A stretch of 64,000 nt of DNA from an uncultured delta proteobacterium. GTDB taxonomy: Bacteria > Desulfobacterota > Syntrophorhabdia > Syntrophorhabdales > WCHB1-27. The notes beneath the pieces are model-generated. The model had not been told where the DNA came from. It was given only the letters and a program-made list of their open reading frames with translations, and did not search any database. Location of the stretch: the NCBI GenBank assembly GCA_963810935.1, contig CAWEPK010000017.1, positions 170,484 to 234,483 of the forward strand. The letters run 5' to 3'. The position numbers and the translations under genes are program-made. The stretch's first letter is position 1, and each line of letters begins with the position of its first letter. Positions 37,451-46,137 of this stretch are shown here, in pieces.

Positions 37451-38053
37451 CTATGGACGGTTGATTAGCTCCGCAAGCGCCTCGTAAGGCTGAAAGCCGA
37501 CAAGCTTGCGATTGCCAAAGATGAAGGTCGGAACTGCTTCTATGCCCAAGGCGCGGGACCGTGTCCAATCGGCATCCACGGCCTGTTTGAATCTCCTGGA
37601 TAAGATAACTTGTCCGGCTTCCTCCTCAGGGAGACCGACGGATTCAGCAAGACGTATAAGTTCGCTCACCATGGCAATGTTCTTTCCTTCAACGAAATAG
37701 GCCCTGAAAACAGCGTGGTGGAACTCTTCTCCTTTGCCTTCCGACTCCGCCCACTTCGCAAGCTCCTGGGCGAGGCGGCTGTTGAATGTCATTGTGCGGC
37801 CGGATAAAGGCAGGGAGAGGTATTCCGCCACTTCCCTGAGGCGTTTCTGCATGGCGGAGATGTCCACATCCCTGCCGGCGAAGAGCTCTTCAAGGGCCAG
37901 TCCTCTTTCCGGCGTTTCAGGATGCAGAGGAAAGGCAAGCCATTTTACTTCTACGTCGTATTCCTTGATCAAGCGATCGGTACGGACCGTACTGAAATAG
38001 CACCACGGTCAGACGTAGTCGGAGAATACTTCAAGAATCGGGCGTTTTTCCAT
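37451..38053 (-). CDS. DsbA/FrnE-family thiol-disulfide oxidoreductase, selenoprotein (UPWC motif)
   Basis: ATG 38053 gives MEKRPILEVFSDYV-U-PWCYFSTVRTDRLIKEYDVEVKWLAFPLHPETP..., in frame with ORF 37451-37972. TGA 38011-38009 occupies the first Cys of the family motif SDxxCPWCY; cis-Pro motif AVPTF is present. Confidence 0.88.
37977..37995 (-). promoter_or_regulatory. Putative bacterial SECIS element of the DsbA-like gene
   Basis: Minus strand TC-a-GTACG-[GTC]-CGTAC-c-GA, starting 13 nt after the UGA; loop begins with GU. Confidence 0.65.
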
Positions 38054-38063
38054 ATGTCCCTGC

Positions 38064-38492
38064 CTATCCTATCCTGATCTCGCCTTTGTCCGCGTCGACC
38101 GTCACGTGGTCTCCATCCGACAGAAGGGCCAGCGAGTCGCCGTCTATGTTGTCGACCACCGGTATCGTGGTCCGGTAGAACTTCTCAGCCAGTATCGCCC
38201 CGGTGGCCAGTATCGGCTCCGTGAGCCGGTTGACGATTGCGGCAGGGGCTGTACCGCACCGCGCAAGCTCCAGCATGTAGACGGCGCCGCCGGTGGAGCC
38301 TCTCCCCTCGGGAAAGACCAGGACGGCGCCCGCTATCTTTCTGCCGTACAACTCGTGCCTCTTGTCGCTCACGATGCCCGTCCGGGGGTCGACTGCCCCG
38401 TAAAAGCCGAACGCCGATTTTGACACAACCGCCGGGCCGCTCGCCTTCCCGCGGGTGATGCCCCTTCCTTTCAAGACCCTTTGCCGTGGCAC
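38064..38492 (-). CDS. Aconitase X small (swivel) subunit, DUF126
   Basis: GTG 38492 follows GGAGG; F.FYG.VDP.TG, H.L.G..IAG.VLVFP.GRGST, APAAI and IPVVD motifs. Confidence 0.85.
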   Translation of the reverse strand: MPRQRVLKGRGITRGKASGPAVVSKSAFGFYGAVDPRTGIVSDKRHELYGRKIAGAVLVFPEGRGSTGGAVYMLELARCGTAPAAIVNRLTEPILATGAILAEKFYRTTIPVVDNIDGDSLALLSDGDHVTVDADKGEIRIG

Positions 38493-38515
38493 GGGACCGC
38501 CTCCGTTATGCAGCT

Positions 38516-39742
38516 TTACTTGGACGCCCGGGCCGCTGCGTCCACGCATTCCTGTATCGACCCGAAGATCACGTCCGATTGCACTTGCGACGGGGCATAG
38601 TAGGCGAACTTGCCCGAGTCCGTCATGATCGTCCTGAACTGCCATAGCTCCGTCGGGGATATCATCATGCACGTGTCGGAGGTGATCGTGGCCCCGGCAG
38701 CTTCTATGATCGATTTGTACCCCATCCGCCCGGCGAGCAGCTCCACGCTCTTATACGTGTATATCCAGAAATGGACGCCGTCTTTGACCCGCTTTCCTTC
38801 AAGCAGCTCCGCGACCCTTTTTACGTCCGTGATGCTGTAGTGGGGACAGCCCACCATGACCGCCTCGACATCGCCGCCGGCCACCGTGCACATCTCCCCC
38901 TTCGTCAGGTCCCTCTCCTCCCCGGAGAAGCTGAACGTTTCTTCCGGCGTATTCCCTCCGAACGCCTGCTCCACCGTCTGCGCTTCCGGCGTGATGCCCG
39001 CTATGTGATAAAGGGCGACGCCTCCGCTGGCTGCTGCGGCCGCACCCATGGCGATATAATCTTCTACGACGGCCGTCTTCCTGAGCCCCGTTATCACAGG
39101 GATCCTCGTCCCCGCCCGCTTGCCCAGGAAATAGCCGAAGATGCGATAATCTTCGGGGGTCATCTTCTCCATCCGGACCTCAACGAGGATATTCCCCCTC
39201 CTGTTCTCAGAGACGTGGAGGCCGTGATAGGGCGTCCGTCCGCAGATAGCGGCAGCGAGATCGATGAAGGCCGTCTCCCTGTTGGACCTTGCCCCGAGAA
39301 TCGAATTGGCAAAGACCACTGCCGACGATTCGGTCCATGCCAGATGGTCGCCCTTCCGTGGCAGCAGGCCGCACAGGTAAGGCGTGCACGTCCAGCACGG
39401 TATCAGGCCGAGGTCGTTGACCGCCTTCACGATGCGGAACTGTTTCGCGGCGTATGCTTCCGGGACCTTGAACTCCCGCCACCTTTCGAGGTCCATGCCC
39501 GCGGGGTCGGTCGTAGTGGGGACGGACACTTTTGCCCCGAGGCCCGCAAACCGTTCCAGCACCTCGACGCCTGCATCGAGGATACCCTTGTATGTCGAAA
39601 GAATGGTGTGGCCGCTCTGGACAGGCACCATCCGCTCGGCCCGGAAGGCCTCCCCCACCGCCACGAGGATCTCCATCGCGAGCTTGCAACCCTCCCCCTG
39701 TTTCCCGTCCAGCATCCGCTGTTCTTCTTCGCTCAGGTACAT
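38516..39742 (-). CDS. Aconitase X large (catalytic Fe-S) subunit, DUF521
   Basis: MYLSEEEQRMLDG, TCTPY, W.ESSAV.FANS..GARSNRE, H..GITPEA, GCPH, DTCM and TDSGK motifs. Confidence 0.88.
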   Translation of the reverse strand: MYLSEEEQRMLDGKQGEGCKLAMEILVAVGEAFRAERMVPVQSGHTILSTYKGILDAGVEVLERFAGLGAKVSVPTTTDPAGMDLERWREFKVPEAYAAKQFRIVKAVNDLGLIPCWTCTPYLCGLLPRKGDHLAWTESSAVVFANSILGARSNRETAFIDLAAAICGRTPYHGLHVSENRRGNILVEVRMEKMTPEDYRIFGYFLGKRAGTRIPVITGLRKTAVVEDYIAMGAAAAASGGVALYHIAGITPEAQTVEQAFGGNTPEETFSFSGEERDLTKGEMCTVAGGDVEAVMVGCPHYSITDVKRVAELLEGKRVKDGVHFWIYTYKSVELLAGRMGYKSIIEAAGATITSDTCMMISPTELWQFRTIMTDSGKFAYYAPSQVQSDVIFGSIQECVDAAARASK

Positions 39743-39984
39743 TGCAGCCTCGCTTGTCCGTTCAAATGGAATGCTATACGTCGCGCACGTGGTTGTCAAG
39801 GAGTGGGGTCTATACTCACACGATAAGGCAGACGGTTTCTCCCCATCGGCCCATCACATTTTGAATTATTCCATCGGGAAGTAAATAATCGTCAAATAAT
39901 CACCGAAAATTTCAGTTGACAAAAAAGACGGTACTGAGGTACTGAATACCGTAGGGTACAAAGGTAAACGACCAAGGAGAGGAC

Positions 39985-40680
39985 ATGACCGGGCACCTGA
40001 AAAATTTTGTTATAGAAAACCCTACGCTTATCAGGGGCCAGGTATACGAAAGGGTTAAGCAGCAAATCCTTTCCGGCGGGATACCTCCCGGCTCCCGGCT
40101 CCTTGAGGGACGGCTGGCCGAAGAGCTCAAGGTTTCACGGACGCCTGTCAGGGAAGCTATGCACGTGCTGGAAATGGAAGGTTTTCTGGAATCGTTTCCC
40201 AGGATAGGCTACCGCGTGCGGCGCATCACGTGGGAAGAAGCAGTGGAGATCCACGAGATCAGGGCCGTCCTCGATCCTCTGGCCGCCCGCAAGGCTATGG
40301 AAAACAAAAACCACGCCTATCTTGTCCTTTTAGAGGAGGTCATCAGGCAATCGGAGAAGGCCGCCAGAGAGGACAGGCCGGGCTCCTTCCATCACTATGA
40401 CGCGGCGTTTGATGAGGCCATAGTCAAGGCTGCGGGCATAAAGACGCTCCTTGATGTCTGGGCCACGCTTCGGCAGCGGTTGAGTCTTTACAGGATGCAG
40501 GCCCAGTATTCCCTCGATTCAAAATTCCGGGCCATCAGGGGGCACCGCGCAATACTGGCGTGCCTCAGAGATAAGGACAAGAACGGCGTGGAGACCGCCA
40601 TAAAGCACCACCTGGCGGATTCAAGGAAGGACATAAAGCGCATTGCGTTCGACCGGATGAAAAACGGCATCATAGCATAA
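39985..40680 (+). CDS. GntR-family transcriptional regulator (FCD)
   Basis: PGSRL.E..LAEEL.VSRTPVREA wHTH motif. Confidence 0.9.
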   Translation: MTGHLKNFVIENPTLIRGQVYERVKQQILSGGIPPGSRLLEGRLAEELKVSRTPVREAMHVLEMEGFLESFPRIGYRVRRITWEEAVEIHEIRAVLDPLAARKAMENKNHAYLVLLEEVIRQSEKAAREDRPGSFHHYDAAFDEAIVKAAGIKTLLDVWATLRQRLSLYRMQAQYSLDSKFRAIRGHRAILACLRDKDKNGVETAIKHHLADSRKDIKRIAFDRMKNGIIA

Positions 40681-40693
40681 GACAGGAGGCATT

Positions 40694-41176
40694 ATGAGAC
40701 GGTTCGTTGCCCTGACGCTCCGCCTTAGCGGGTGGTTGGGCGGAGTGGGCGGAGTCATTCTCGTTTCCCTTATGCTCATCACGGTATTCGACATCTTCAT
40801 GCGCTGCATCGGGAAGCCCATGTCGGGCGTGTACGATATTGTGGCCCTCGGCGGAGCCCTCGTCATCGGTCTATCCGTCCCCTACACCACAATGAAGAAG
40901 GGGCACATCCTCGTTGACGTGCTTGTCCAGAGCCTTTCAAAAAAATGGCAGAGAGTCTTCAACGTATCCACCCGCGCGATCTGCGTGGGCATCTGTTTTA
41001 TGATCGCCTGGCACTTGATAAAACTGGGGTTCGATTATTACGATAAGCATGAAGGCTCGCAGACGCTCCAGTTGTCGTATTACCCCATTGTTTTCGCGCT
41101 GGCCCTTGGGTTCTTCATTCAGTGCATGGCCAATATAGCGGAAATTTTCCAGGCCTTCCTGGGAGGCGAGAAATGA
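40694..41176 (+). CDS. TRAP transporter small permease (DctQ)
   Basis: 4 TM segments, GHI.VD motif, upstream of the large permease. Confidence 0.88.
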   Translation: MRRFVALTLRLSGWLGGVGGVILVSLMLITVFDIFMRCIGKPMSGVYDIVALGGALVIGLSVPYTTMKKGHILVDVLVQSLSKKWQRVFNVSTRAICVGICFMIAWHLIKLGFDYYDKHEGSQTLQLSYYPIVFALALGFFIQCMANIAEIFQAFLGGEK

Positions 41177-42474
41177 GCGAAATCCTCGTCGGGGTCATCG
41201 GTCTTACCGTCCTGCTGCTATTCTTCCTGACCGGAATCGAGCTTGCTTTCGCCATGATCCTGGTCGGGTTTTTCGGGTTCGGCTACCTCGTTTCCTTTGA
41301 AGCCGCTTACAACATGACGGCGAAAGACGTCTTCGACACCTTCGAGTCATACGGCCTCACGGTGGTGCCTCTCTTTATCCTGATGGGCCAGGTCGCATTC
41401 AACGCGGGGATAGCACGGAGGCTCTACGATGCAGCGCACAAGTTCGTCGGCCATATCCCCGGCGGCCTCGCCATCGCCACCGTTGCCGGCGCCACCATCT
41501 TCAAGGCTATTTCCGGCTCGACCGTTGCAACGGCAGTCACGTTCGCCAGCGTCGCGGTCCCCGAGATGGACCGGTTCGGCTACAGTAAGAAGCTGTCGAC
41601 GGGCATCGTCGCGACCGTCGGGACACTCGGCATCCTTCTCCCGCCGAGCGTCGTGCTGATCATCTTCGGCGTAATCACCCAGCAATCCATCGGAAAGCTG
41701 TTCATTGCCGGCATCGTCCCCGGGCTGCTGATCGCGTTCTTTTTTGTCCTTATTATCGTAGGGTGGTGCAAAATCGACCCGTCGGTCGGGCCGGTGGGAG
41801 AAAGGTTCTCCTGGAAGGCGAGGTTCGCGGCCCTGCCCGAGGTCATCTGGCCCGTCGTCATTTTCCTCGTAATCATCGTCGGGCTTCTGAAGGGTTTCTT
41901 CACGCCGACCGAAGCGGGCAGCGTAGGGACGTTCGCCGTAATCGTGCTCTCCTTCGCGAAGAAAGACATCGACCTGAAGAAAATGGCCAAATCGGTGATG
42001 GAGAGCCTTGTAACCGCCACGATGGTCCTCCTGCTGCTCGCCGGCTCTGCCGTCCTGGGCCACTTTCTCGCAGTGACGAAGATCCCGATGATGGTGTCCG
42101 ACTGGGTGGTCCAACTGCCCGTCAACCGGTCGGTGATAATGCTCTTTATCACCTTCGTCTACCTGCTCGGCGGGTCGTTTATCGACGACCTCGCCTTTAT
42201 GATCCTGGCGACCCCCGTGTTCTACCCGGCAGTGCTGAAGCTTGGCTACGATCCCTTATGGTTCGGCATGATGATAGCGGTCACGGTCATGATCGGCGTC
42301 GTAATCCCGCCCGTCGCGATCAATGTCTTCGTCGTCAAGAATATTACAAAGGTCCCGATAGGAGTTGTCTATAAGGGTGTTTATCCGTTCCTTATCTCGC
42401 TTGTGTTCTGCGGGGCCCTTTTATTTATCTTCCCGCAGCTCGCCACGTACGTGCCGAGTCTTTTTTACAGGTGA
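41173..42474 (+). CDS. TRAP transporter large permease (DctM)
   Basis: Start ATG 41173 (ATGA overlap); VPLFILMG, GGLA.A, GTLGILLPPS, FTPTEA and PPVA.N motifs. Confidence 0.92.
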   Translation: MSEILVGVIGLTVLLLFFLTGIELAFAMILVGFFGFGYLVSFEAAYNMTAKDVFDTFESYGLTVVPLFILMGQVAFNAGIARRLYDAAHKFVGHIPGGLAIATVAGATIFKAISGSTVATAVTFASVAVPEMDRFGYSKKLSTGIVATVGTLGILLPPSVVLIIFGVITQQSIGKLFIAGIVPGLLIAFFFVLIIVGWCKIDPSVGPVGERFSWKARFAALPEVIWPVVIFLVIIVGLLKGFFTPTEAGSVGTFAVIVLSFAKKDIDLKKMAKSVMESLVTATMVLLLLAGSAVLGHFLAVTKIPMMVSDWVVQLPVNRSVIMLFITFVYLLGGSFIDDLAFMILATPVFYPAVLKLGYDPLWFGMMIAVTVMIGVVIPPVAINVFVVKNITKVPIGVVYKGVYPFLISLVFCGALLFIFPQLATYVPSLFYR

Positions 42475-42519
42475 TCGCGTGCAAAGAAAGACATGTCAGA
42501 CCGAACAAGGAGGATCCGA

Positions 42520-43548
42520 ATGAAAGGTCAGGCAAGGTTTGCGGCTTTTGTCGTCGCGGTGGCGCTCGTCGTCGTTTTCACATCGCCTGCCCGCGCCACT
42601 TCGCAGAAGACGTTCAACCTCAATTATGCGGATTACTTCCCTGCTACCCACAAACAGGCCGTCCTCGCGGAGCAGTGGTGCAAGGAGCTGGAGAAAAGGA
42701 CGGGCGGAAGGATCAAGGTCACGTCTTTTCATGGCTCCACGCTGACGCCTGCGCATATGATTTATGACAGCGTCACCAAGGGGATAGCCGCTATAGGGAT
42801 GGGCACCCTGGGCTACAGCAGGGGCAGGTTCCCGTTAAGCGAGTTCACCGACCATCCCCTCGGTTACCCCAGCTCCCGCGTAGCGACAAAACTCTTTAAC
42901 GAGTACTACAGGAAATTCAAGCCGAAGGAGCTGGATGAGGTAAAGGTCCTCTACCTGCAGGGGATCGGTCCCGCCCTGCTTCACATGGCCAAAAAACCCG
43001 TCTCGAAGCTGGAAGACATCAAAGGGATGAAGATACGTGCGAGCGGGCTCCAGGTCGCGCCTGCCCGGGCCCTGGGCGCTGCTCCTGTGGGTATGCCTAT
43101 CAGCGACGTCTACGATTCCCTGTCCAAGGGAGTGGCGGACGGCGGCTTCTTTCCGTATGAGGCCCTGGACGGATGGAAATTGGGAGAAGTAGTGAAGTAC
43201 ACCACCGAGTCGTACCCCAGCGCCATGTCGAGCGGGTTGTTCGTCGTCATGAATAAGAAGGTGTGGGAGTCCCTGCCCCCCGACCTTCAGAAGATCGTGG
43301 ATGGGCTGGACCAGGAATGGGTAGACAAAGTGGCATATACCTGGGACGAGGTCGACAAAGAAGGAAAAGAGTTCGCGATGAAGAGAGGGAACAAAACTAT
43401 TCCCCTGTCAAAAGAAGAGGGGGAGCGCTGGAAGAAGGCCGTCCAGCCCGTGCTCGACAATTACGTAAAGATGACGAAGGAAAAAGGACTGCCGGGCGAC
43501 CAAGTGCTCAAATTTGCTCAGGACTACCTGAAGGAACATCAGAAATAG
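42520..43548 (+). CDS. TRAP transporter substrate-binding protein (DctP)
   Basis: Signal peptide, GRFPL, GMKIR and YDSL.KGV.DG motifs. Confidence 0.9.
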   Translation: MKGQARFAAFVVAVALVVVFTSPARATSQKTFNLNYADYFPATHKQAVLAEQWCKELEKRTGGRIKVTSFHGSTLTPAHMIYDSVTKGIAAIGMGTLGYSRGRFPLSEFTDHPLGYPSSRVATKLFNEYYRKFKPKELDEVKVLYLQGIGPALLHMAKKPVSKLEDIKGMKIRASGLQVAPARALGAAPVGMPISDVYDSLSKGVADGGFFPYEALDGWKLGEVVKYTTESYPSAMSSGLFVVMNKKVWESLPPDLQKIVDGLDQEWVDKVAYTWDEVDKEGKEFAMKRGNKTIPLSKEEGERWKKAVQPVLDNYVKMTKEKGLPGDQVLKFAQDYLKEHQK

Positions 43549-43606
43549 CGGCCTGAGGCGAAGGACCGGGGGCGGGTTTTGCTTTACTGCCCAAGGGGGT
43601 GGTGTT

Positions 43607-44389
43607 TTGAAGCTCAAACATAAAGTGGCGATTGTCACCGGCGGCGGCAAAGGCATAGGCAAGGCCATCTCACTCGCCTTCGCCAAGGAAGGGGCGGTCG
43701 TCGTAATGGCCGCCAGGGACACGGCAAGCATGGAGGCGACGGCCGCGGAGATAAAAGCCGCCGGAGGCGCAGCCGACTGCGTGCAGACGGACATGCTCCG
43801 CCCGGACCAGATCGGGCGCATGGCGACATATACCATAGATAAGTACGGCAAGATCGATATACTGGTGAACAACGCCGCCGTCGGGGGACCGACCGCCGGC
43901 CTGACGGACATCGACCTCGAAACCTGGAACGAAGTGATCGCGACAAACCTCACGGGCCCGATGCTCTGCCTGAAGGAGGTGCTGAAGCCGATGACGGCCG
44001 CCCGGCAAGGCGTAGTCATCAATATCAGCTCCGAAGGAGGCAGGTCGGGTTTTCCGATGAGAAGCCCTTACGCAGTCACGAAGCGGGCAATCATAGCCCT
44101 TACTGAAACGATAGCGATAGAGGCCGGGCCGTATGGCGTCCGGGTCAACTGCATCAGCCCGGGAAGGGTCCGGGGAGAGCGCGTAGAGAACGTGGCCCGG
44201 GACAAAGCGAAGGCGCTGGGCCTTGCGTACGCGGACGTAATGGGGTCGATGACCGCCGACTGCTCGCTTGGAAGGTTCGTGGAGGCGGCAGAGGTGGCCG
44301 CCGCAGCGGTTTTCCTGGCATCGGACGATGCGAGCGGCATAACCGGCGAGACCCTTGTGGTAAGCTGCGGCAAGCACATCATGCATTGA
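43607..44389 (+). CDS. Short-chain dehydrogenase/reductase
   Basis: TGGGKGIG, NNA, catalytic S and YAVTK, RVNCISPG. Confidence 0.92.
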   Translation: MKLKHKVAIVTGGGKGIGKAISLAFAKEGAVVVMAARDTASMEATAAEIKAAGGAADCVQTDMLRPDQIGRMATYTIDKYGKIDILVNNAAVGGPTAGLTDIDLETWNEVIATNLTGPMLCLKEVLKPMTAARQGVVINISSEGGRSGFPMRSPYAVTKRAIIALTETIAIEAGPYGVRVNCISPGRVRGERVENVARDKAKALGLAYADVMGSMTADCSLGRFVEAAEVAAAAVFLASDDASGITGETLVVSCGKHIMH

Positions 44390-44440
44390 GGCATAGCCTT
44401 TAGATTTGGGAAAAATCTCTTATAGATAAAGGAGTCTGCC

Positions 44441-45658
44441 ATGAAAAAACTGCTCTTTGTTCTATCACTTGCGGTTGGCCTGTGTCCCTTCCTCTTTTCC
44501 CATTCATCGTATGCGGGGAACACGATCAAGGTGGGCATCGTCGATACGTACTCCGGCCCAGCCGCAACCATGAGCCAGGACGTCCTCGACGGGTTCAAGA
44601 TGGTGGTTGCCGAGATCAATGCAAAGGGCGGCATCAAGGGAAAGAAGATCGAGTTCTTAACGCGTGACGAAAAGTTCCGGGCGGACATAGGGCTGAGCAT
44701 GGCCAAAGAGCTGGTCATGAAAGAGAAGGTCGATATCCTGATGGGCACCATAAGCAGCTCCACGGCCCTGGCCATATCGGACTACGCCAGAAAGGAAAAA
44801 ATCCCCTTCATCTGCTCGAATTCGAGAAGCGAGAAACTGACCGGGGAGAAAGGGCACCGCTACATCTTCACTCTGGCGGAAAGCACGCTGATGGCGGGCA
44901 GAGCGGCAGCCGTGGCACTGGCGAAAAAGCCCTACGTCAAATACTGGATTGCAGGGGACGACTACGAATACGGCCATTCGATAGCGGACGCGGTCTGGCA
45001 CAACCTTAAAAAAGCGCGTCCGGACGTCCAGCTTGTTGGGCAGTCCTGGTGGAAGGTCGGCGAGGCCGATTTCACGCCCTATATCACACAGGTCATGACC
45101 GCGAAGCCCGATTTTCTCATAGCGGCGACCGGCGGGGCCAGCATGATAACCTTTGCGAAGGCGGCGAAGGCAACGGGGTTGATCTCGAAGGTCCCGGTTT
45201 ACCAGCATACGGTGATCGACTACGGCATACTCGGTCCTCTCGGGTTGGACGGCCCTGCAGGTGTCTACGGGACCGCGCCCTACCTCTTTTACTATCCCGA
45301 GACGCCCGCGAACACGGAATACGTTAACAATTTCAGGAAGACCTATGGAAGGTACCCGCAGATGTTCGCCCTTTTCGGCTACTCGGCGGGCCGTCTGATC
45401 GAAAAGGCCTATGAGAAGGCAGGGTCATTCGATACGGAGAAGTTCGTGACTGCGATGGAGGGCCTCGTGATCGACAGCCCGGTCGGCAAGCTGGAAATGC
45501 GCGCCTGCGACCACCAGCTCCAGGTGCCGATGATGTGGGGCGTGGTAGGTAAGAGCCCTAAGTTCAAGGACTTTCTTGTCGCGAACGATATAGTAACCAT
45601 CCCTTCGAAGGACTATATGCCCTCTTGCGAAGAGGTGCTGAAGACGCGCAAGAAATAG
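44441..45658 (+). CDS. Orphan ABC substrate-binding protein (LivJ/K-like)
   Basis: Signal peptide, INAKGGI.G, DYEYG and MRACDHQ motifs; no permease adjacent. Confidence 0.88.
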   Translation: MKKLLFVLSLAVGLCPFLFSHSSYAGNTIKVGIVDTYSGPAATMSQDVLDGFKMVVAEINAKGGIKGKKIEFLTRDEKFRADIGLSMAKELVMKEKVDILMGTISSSTALAISDYARKEKIPFICSNSRSEKLTGEKGHRYIFTLAESTLMAGRAAAVALAKKPYVKYWIAGDDYEYGHSIADAVWHNLKKARPDVQLVGQSWWKVGEADFTPYITQVMTAKPDFLIAATGGASMITFAKAAKATGLISKVPVYQHTVIDYGILGPLGLDGPAGVYGTAPYLFYYPETPANTEYVNNFRKTYGRYPQMFALFGYSAGRLIEKAYEKAGSFDTEKFVTAMEGLVIDSPVGKLEMRACDHQLQVPMMWGVVGKSPKFKDFLVANDIVTIPSKDYMPSCEEVLKTRKK

Positions 45659-45895
45659 GTCCGGCGGAGATCGCCCGGCGCATAAGTTACCACAGGAGGG
45701 TTGCTGTGCCTGGGCGATCTCTGCCGAGCAACCCGGCCTTCTGCAACACGGAAGGCCGGCCGGTCAACTTCACACCACTATAGCCTCCGAACGAACGTGT
45801 GCCCAACCGGGTTATCACAAATTTACACAACGAGGCAGCGACGCGCCGGACTTTTCGACGTTAAAACCGCGGAAATATGTTGATATTACTTAGAA

Positions 45896-45977
45896 TGCGA
45901 GAGAGGGGACTCGAACCCCTATGGTTTAACCCGCTGGATCCTAAGTCCAGTGCGTCTGCCAGTTCCGCCACTCTCGC
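45896..45977 (-). tRNA. tRNA-Leu (anticodon UAG), CCA not encoded
   Basis: GCGAGAG/CTCTCGC acceptor stem, TGGCGGAACTGGCAGACGC D-arm, CTGGA-CTTAGGA-TCCAG anticodon arm, long variable arm, GGGG-TTCGAGT-CCCC T-arm. Confidence 0.96.
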
Positions 45978-46137
45978 ATGCCTTATTTTACAAGGGTATT
46001 TGATCGGGTGTCAAACCTTCAGTGACATTGTTGCGGCAAAATCCGCACCGCCGGCATGGAATTTCCCTCCAAATCTTTGTATACTGCCCGGACAGAATAA
46101 CATGGTATGCAAAACGGGTCGCCGGGATGAAAACAGC

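Noticed and set aside
38493..38672. N-terminal extension of the AcnX small-subunit ORF
   Set aside because: Overlaps the large-subunit gene; GGAGG plus GTG at 38492 gives a normal-length DUF126 protein.
45877..46137. Long N-terminal extension of the Fsr ORF
   Set aside because: It runs antisense through tRNA-Leu and its promoter; MFS similarity begins only near 46138.
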